From positions 11,160,001-11,224,000 of the forward strand of contig OZ024744.1 of assembly GCA_964016885.1 (NCBI GenBank): a stretch of DNA of 64,000 nucleotides, in the 5' to 3' direction. The notes beneath the pieces were generated by a model. It had not been told where the DNA came from and did not search any database. It saw only the letters and a list, made by a program, of their open reading frames with translations. Source of the stretch: Eledone cirrhosa (taxonomy: Eukaryota). The position numbers and the translations under genes were made by a program. Positions 57,501 through 64,000 of the stretch are shown here, one piece after another. How positions within the stretch are numbered: the stretch's first letter is position 1; each line of letters starts with the position of its first letter.

Positions 57501-60500
57501 GTACTCCAATATGCTGTGATGTTGTACTCCAATATGATGTGATGTTGTACTCCAATGCGTTGTGTTGTTGTACTCCAATGTGATGTGTTGTTGTACTCCA
57601 ATATGTTGTGCCATTGTACTCCAATATTTTTTATATTTGTACTCCAATATGTTGTGTTGTTATACTCCAATATGTTGTGCTGTTGTACTCCAAATCTCGT
57701 GTTGTTATACTCCAATGTGTTGTGTTGTTATACTCCAATATGGTGTGTTGTTGTAGTCCAATATGTTGTATTGTTTTTTTCCAATGTGTCATGTTATACT
57801 CCAATATGTTGTGTTCGTGTACTCCAATATGTTGTGTTATTGTACTCCAATATGTTGCGTTGTTGTACTCCAATATGTTGTGTTGTTATACTCCAATATG
57901 TTGTGTTGTTGTACTGCAATATGTTGTCTTGTTGTACTCCAAAAGGCCATGTTATCGTACTCCAATATGTCTTGTTATACTCCAATATGTCGTGTGGCTG
58001 TACTCCAATATGTCATGTTGTTGTACTCCAATATGTCTTGTTATAGTCCAATATGTCGTGTTGTTGTACTCCAATATGTCATGTAGTTGTATTCCAATAT
58101 TTCGTGTTGTTGTACCCCAATATGTCGTGTTGTTTATACTCCAATATGTTTTGCTGTTGTACTCCAATATGTTGTGTTGCTGTATTCCAATATGTTGTGT
58201 TGTTATTCTCCAATATGTTGTGCTGTTGTACTCCAATGTGTTATGTTGTTATACTCCAATATGTTGTGCTGTGCTACTCCAATATATTGTGTTGTTGTAC
58301 TCCAATGTGTTGTGTTGTTATACTCCAATATGTTGTGTTGATTTACTCCAATATGTTGTGTTGTTGTACTCCAATCTGTTGTGTTGTTATACTCCAATAT
58401 GTTGTGTTGTTATACTCCAATATGTTGTGTTGTTTTACTCCAATATGTTGTGTTGTTGTACTCCAATATGTTGTGTTGTTGTACTCCAATATGTTGTGTT
58501 GTTGTGATCCAATATCTTGTGTTGTTATACTCCAATATGTTGTGTTGTTGTACTCCAATATGTTGTGTTGTTATACTCCAATATGTTGTGTTGTGATACT
58601 CCAATATGTTGTGCTGTTGTACTCCAATATGTTGTGTTGTTATACTCCAATATGTTGTGTTGTTTTACTCCAATATGTTGTGTTGTTGTACTCCAATATG
58701 TTGTGTTGTTGTACTCCAATATATCATGTTGTCGTACTCCAATATGTCATGTTATACTCCAATATGTCGTTGTTATACTCCAATATGTCATGTTGTTGTA
58801 CTCCAATATGTCGTATTGTTATACTCCAATATGTTTTGATGTTGTACTCCAATATGTTGTGTAGTCGTACTCCAATATGTTGTATTGTTATACTCCATTA
58901 TGTTGTGCTGTTGTACTCCAATATGTTCTGTTGTTGTACTCCAATATATTGTGTTGTTGTACTCCAATATGTCGTGTTGTTGTACTCCAATATGTTGTGT
59001 TGTTATACTCCAATATGTAGTGTTGTTATACTCCAATATGTTGTGTTGTTGTACTCCAATCTGTTGTGTTATACTCCAATATGTTGTGTTGTTGTACTCC
59101 AATATGTTGTATTGTTGTTCTCCAATATGTCATGCTATACTCCAATAAGTTGTGTTCTTGTACTCCAATATGTTTTGTTGTTGTACTCCAATATGTTGTG
59201 TTGTTGTACTCCAATATATCATGTTGTCGTACTCCAATATGTCATGTTATACTCCAATATGTCGTTGTTATACTCCAATATGTCATGTTGCTGTACTCCA
59301 ACATGTCGTGTTGTAGTACTCCAATATGTTTTGATGTTGTACTCCAATATGTTGTGTTGTTGTACTCCAATATGTTGTGTTGTTGTACTCCAATATGTTG
59401 TGTTGTTATACTCCAATATGTTGTGCTGTTGTACTCCAATATGTCATGTTGTTGTACTCCGATATTTCGTGTTGTTCTACTCCAATATTTCGTGTTGTTG
59501 TACTCCAATATCTCGTGGTGTTGTACTCCAATATGTTTTGATGTTGTACTCCAATATGTCGTGTTGTTGTACTCCAATATGTTGTGTTGTTGTACTCCAA
59601 TATGCTGTGTTGTTATACTCCTATATGTTGTGCTGTTGTACTTCAATATGTTGTGTTCTACTCCAATATGTTGTGTTGTTCTACTCCAATATGTTGTGTT
59701 GTTGTACTCCAATATGTGATGTTGTTGTACTCCAATATGTCGTATTGTTGTACTCCAATATATTGTGTTGTTATACTCCAATATTTCGTGTTGTTTTAGT
59801 CCAATATGTCATGTTGTTTTACTCCAATATTTCGTGTTGTTGTACTCCAATATGTCATGGTGTTGTACTTCAATATGTCGTATTGTTGTACTCAAATATG
59901 TTGTGTTGTTGTTCTCCAATATGTCGTGTTGTTATACTCCAATATGTTATGATGTTGTACTCCAATATATTGTGTTGTTGTACTCCAATATGTTGTGTTG
60001 TTGTACTCCAATATGTTGTTGTACTCCAATATGCCATGTTGTTATACTCCAATATTTCGTGGTGTTGTACTCCAATATGTCATGTTGTTGTACTCCAATA
60101 TTTCGTGTTGTTGTACTCCAATATGTCATAGGGGTTGTACTCCAATATGGTTTGTTGTTGTACTCCAATATGCTGTGTTGCTGTACTCCAATAGGTTGTG
60201 TTGTTGTACTCCAATATGCTGTGTTGGCTGTGCTCCAATACGTTGTGTTGTTGTACTCCAATATGTTGTGCTGCTGTACTCCAATATGTTGTGTTGTTGT
60301 ACTCCAATATGTTGTGTTGTTGTACTCCAATATGTTGTGTTGTTGTACTCCAATCTATATCGCTGTTGTACTCCAATATGTTGTGTTGTTGTACTCCAAT
60401 ATGTTGTGTTGTTGTACTCCAAAATATTGTGTTGTTATACTCCAATATGTTGTGTTGTTATACTCCAATATGTTGTGCTGTTATACTCCAATATGTTGTG

Positions 60501-63500
60501 TTGTTGTACTCCAATATGTTGTGCTGTTATACTCCAATACTTTGTGTTGTTATACTCCAATATGTGGTATTGTTGTACTCCAATATGTTGTGCTGTTGTC
60601 CTCCAATATGTTGTGTTGTTATACTCCAATATGTTGTGTTGTTATACTCGAATATTTTGTGTTGTTATACTCGAATATCTTGTGTTGTTATACTCGAATA
60701 TGTTGTGCTGTTGTACTCCAATATGTCGTGTTGTTGTACTCCAATATATCATGTAGCTGTACTCCAATATTTCGTGTTGTTGTACCCCAATATGTAGTGT
60801 TGTTTATACTCCAATATGTTTTGCTGTTGTACTCCAATATGATGTGCTGTTGTACTCCAATATGTTGTATTGTTGTTCTCCAATATGTCATGTTATACTC
60901 CAATAAGTTGTGTTCTTGTACTCCAATATGTTGTGTTGTTGTACTCCAATATATCATGTTGTCGTACTCCAATATGTCATGTTATACTCCAATATGTCAT
61001 TGTTGTACTCCAATATGTCGTGTTGTTGTACTCCAATATGTCGTGTTGTTGTACTCCAATATGTTGTGTTGTTGTACTCCAATATGTTGTGTTGTTGTAC
61101 TCCAATATGTTGTGTTGTTATACTCCAATATGTTATGTTGTTGTACTCCAATATGTCATGTTGTTGTACTCCAATATGTTTTGATGTTGTACTCCAATAT
61201 GTCGTGTTGTTATACTCCAATATGTTATGATGTTGTACTCCAATATATTGTGTTGTTGTACTCCAATATGTTGTGTTGCTGTACTCCAATATGTTGTGTC
61301 GTTGTACTCCAATACGCTGTGTTGTTGTACTCCAATATGTTGTGTTGTTGTACTCCAATATGTTGTTGTACTCCAATATGCCATGTTGTCGTACTCCAAT
61401 ATTTCGTGTTGTTGTACTCCAATATGTCATGGTGTTGTACTCCAATATGTTGTGTTGTTGTACTCCAATATGTTGTGTTGTTGTACTCCAATATGTTGTG
61501 TTGTTGTACTCCAATATGTTGTGTTGTTGTACTCCAATATGTTGTGTTGTTGTACTCCAATATGTTGTGTTGTTGTACTCCAATATGCCATGTTGTTATA
61601 CTCCAATATGTGGTGGTGTTGTACTCCAATATGTCATGTTGTTGTACTCCAATATTTCGTGTTGTTGTACTCCAATATTTCATAGGGGTTGTACTCCAAT
61701 ATGCTGTGTTGCTGTACTCCAATAGGTTGTGTTGTTGTACTCCAATATGCTGTGTTGGCTGTGCTCCAATACGTTGTGTTGTTGTACTCCAATATTTTGT
61801 GCTGCTGTACTCCAATATGTTGTGTTGTTGTACTCCAATATGTTGTGTTGTTGTACTCCAATATGTTGTGTTGTTGTACTCCAATCTATATCGCTGTTGT
61901 ACTCCAATATGTTGTGTTGTTGTACTCCAATATGTTGTGCTGTTGTACTCCAATATGTTGTGCTGTTGTGCTCCAATATTTTGTGCTGTTACACTCCAAT
62001 ATATTGTGTTGTTATAATCCAATATGTTGTGTTGTTGTACTCCAAAATATTGTGTTGTTATACTCCAATATGTTGTGTTGTTATACTCCAATAAGTTGTG
62101 CTGTTATACTCCAATATGTTGTGTTGTTGTACTCCAATATGTTGTGCTGTTATACTCCAATATTTTGTGTTGTTATACTCCAATATGTGGTATTGTTGTA
62201 CTCCAATATGTTGTGCTGTTGTACTCCAATATGTTGTGTTGTTATACTCCAACATGTTGTGTTGTTATACTCCAATATGTTGTGTTGTTATACTCGAATA
62301 TGTTGTGTTGTTATACTCGAATATCTTGTGTTGTTATACTCGAATATGTTGTGCTGTTGTACTCCAATATGTCGTGTTGTTGTACTCCAATATATCATGT
62401 AGTTGTACTCCAATATTTCGTGTTGTTGTACCCCAATATGTAGTGTTGTTTATACTCCAATATGTTTTGCTGTTGTACTCCAATATGTTGTGTTGCTGTA
62501 CTCCTATATGTTGTGTTGTTATTCTCCAATATGTTGTGCTGTTGTACTCCAATGTGTTGTGTTGTTATACTCCAATATGTTGTGTTGATTTACTCCAATA
62601 TGTTGTGTTGTTGTACTCCAATCTGTTGTGTTGTTATACTCCAATGTGTTGTGTTGTTATACTCCAATATGTTGTGTTGTTGTAGTCCAATATGTTGTGT
62701 TGTCGTACTCCAATATGTTGTGTTGTTATACTCCAATATTTCGTGTGGTTGTACTCCAATATGTCATGGTGTTGTACTTCAATATGTCGTGTTGTTGTAC
62801 TCCAATATGTTGTCTTGCTGTACTCCAATATGTTGTGTTGTTGTACTCCAATATCTTGTGTTCTTATACTCCAATATGTTGTGTTGTTATACTCCAATAT
62901 GTTGTGTTGTTGTACTCCAATATGTTGTGCTGTTTTACTCCAATATGTTGTGTTGTTGTACTCCAATATGTTGTATTGTTTTTCTCCAATATGTCATGTT
63001 ATACTCCAATAAGTTGTGTTCTTGTACTCCAATATGTTGTGTTGTTGTACTCCAATATATCATGTTGTCGTACTCCAATATGTCATGTTATACTCCAATA
63101 TGTCATTGTTGTACTCCAATATGTCGTGTTGTTGTACTCCAATATGTTGTGTTGATTTACTCCAATATGTTGTGTTGTTGTACTCCAATCTGTTGTGTTG
63201 TTATACTCCAATATGTTGTGTTGTTATACTCCAATATGTTGTGTTGTTTTACTCCAATATGTTGTGTTGTTGTACTCCAATATGTTGTGTTGTTGTACTC
63301 CAATATGTTGTGTTGTTGTAATCCAATATCTTGTGTTGTTATACTCCAATATGTTGTGTTGTTGTACTCCAATATGTTGTGTTGTTATACTCCAATATGT
63401 TGTGTTGTGATACTCCAATATGTTGTGCTGTTGTACTCCAATATGTTGTGTTGTTATACTCCAATATGTTGTGTTGTTTTACTCCAATATGTTGTGTTGT

Positions 63501-64000
63501 TGTACTCCAATATGTTGTATTGTTGTTCTCCAATATGTCATGTTATACTCCAATAAGTTGTGTTCTTGTACTCCAATATGTTGTGTTGTTGTACTCCAAT
63601 ATATCATGTTGTCGTACTCCAATATGTCATGTTATACTCCAATATGTCGTTGTTATACTCCAATATGTCATGTTGTTGTACTCCAATATGTCGTATTGTT
63701 ATACTCCAATATGTTTTGATGTTGTACTCCAATATGTTGTGTAGTCGTACTCCAATATGTTGTATTGTTATACTCCATTATGTTGTGCTGTTGTACTCCA
63801 ATATGTTCTGTTGTTGTACTCCAATATATTGTGTTGTTGTACTCCAATATGTCGTGTTGTTGTACTCCAATATGTCGTGTTGTTGTACTCCAATATGTTG
63901 TGTTGTTGTACTCCAATATGTTGTGTTGTTGTACTCCAATATGTTGTATTGTTATACTCCAATATGTTATGTTGTTGTACTCCAATATGTCATGTTGTTG
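42600..64000 (+). repeat. ~10.5-11.4-kb higher-order repeat pair (~42600-53100 and ~53100-63900); the 45.7-53.2 kb and 57.1-64 kb parts are near-identical
   Basis: Offsets: 42725>53181 (10456), 44974>56185 (11211), 46136>57555 (11419), 47713>59066 (11353), 48799>60198 (11399), 50487>61227 (10740), 52882>63668 (10786). Shared variants: GTGATCC ~47085/58504, GTTGTCCTCC ~49196/60595, CCAATACTTTG ~49135/60534, and the GTGCTCC..ACACTCC..ATAATCC cluster ~51228-51280/61968-62020. Confidence 0.85.

Larger units (their letters stand above)
1..64000 (+). repeat. Tandem satellite DNA array, 23-bp monomer TACTCCAATATGTTGTGTTGTTG, ~2,800 head-to-tail copies, extends beyond both window ends
   Basis: TACTCCAAT or a 1-nt variant recurs about every 23 bp from start to end (e.g. 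pure consensus run at ~50698-50835). Common variants: monomer ending GTTA instead of GTTG; TGTCGTG, TGTCATG, TTTCGTG, TGTGCTG and TTTTGATG in the TG-rich half; length variants of 18, 20, 21, 22, 24 and 28 bp. No inversion or non-satellite insertion seen. Confidence 0.99.

Noticed and set aside
2-63985. Hundreds of ORFs up to 750 aa (e.g. 15960-18200, 59765-62017) resembling Cys-rich, keratin-associated or membrane proteins, or Thr/Asn/Gln-rich proteins on the minus strand
   Set aside because: They overlap in all six frames and translate the same 23-bp repeat. Frameshifting indels (20-, 22-, 28-bp monomers) and stops occur freely, and there are no unique domains or codon-position constraint.
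1-64000. CRISPR array (23-bp repeat period with a conserved core)
   Set aside because: Repeats are contiguous, and the variable part is a ~13-bp near-copy of one consensus rather than unique spacers. No leader or cas genes are present.
1-64000. Telomerase-synthesised telomere like the 23-nt Candida albicans repeat (TG-rich strand, TGTAC motif)
   Set aside because: It lacks the GGTGTACGGATG-type core. The array is at least 64 kb, with many variants inherited in multi-kb blocks, which indicates recombinational amplification rather than template copying. A recombination-maintained terminal satellite is not excluded.
1-64000. CCAAT-box and TATA-like promoter motifs (CCAAT, TTATAC) in the monomers
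   Set aside because: These short motifs are intrinsic to the repeat, with no adjacent gene or positional context.
1-64000. Idea that the ordered monomer variants form an information-storing code or diversity cassette system
   Set aside because: The variant order is explained by point mutation plus nested duplication and deletion. No recombinase, reverse transcriptase, expression site or unique cassette boundaries are present.

Overview
The whole 64-kb window is one uninterrupted head-to-tail tandem satellite array, with no flanks visible. The 23-bp consensus monomer is TACTCCAATATGTTGTGTTGTTG (reverse complement CAACAACACAACATATTGGAGTA; 11 T, 5 G, 4 A, 3 C; about 35% GC), present in roughly 2,800 copies (64,000/23), all in one orientation. 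I see no genes, RNA genes, transposons, CRISPR spacers or unique sequence. The hundreds of ORFs are artefacts: the consensus has no stop codon in any of the six frames, so it reads as 23-aa repeats such as YSNMLCCCTPICCVVVLQYVVLL. The informative signal is the order of variant monomers, which shows nested higher-order duplications. These are a recurrent module spaced about 0.43-0.66 kb apart, a ~2.2-kb period, an 867-bp tandem duplication, a ~6.5-kb tandem duplication, a near-identical ~11.36-kb tandem duplication, a ~10.5-11.4-kb pair on the right, and a 32.4-kb-offset paralogy implying an older ~14.5-kb unit. One crossover junction can be placed within a 34-bp homology, and several copy-specific changes are CG>CA/TG, suggesting CpG methylation. 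This most likely is eukaryotic centromeric, pericentromeric or subtelomeric heterochromatin (inference). I cannot identify the organism or family, and I found no support for a novel protein-coding system. Block boundaries were estimated by eye and from ORF-track offsets, and are approximate.
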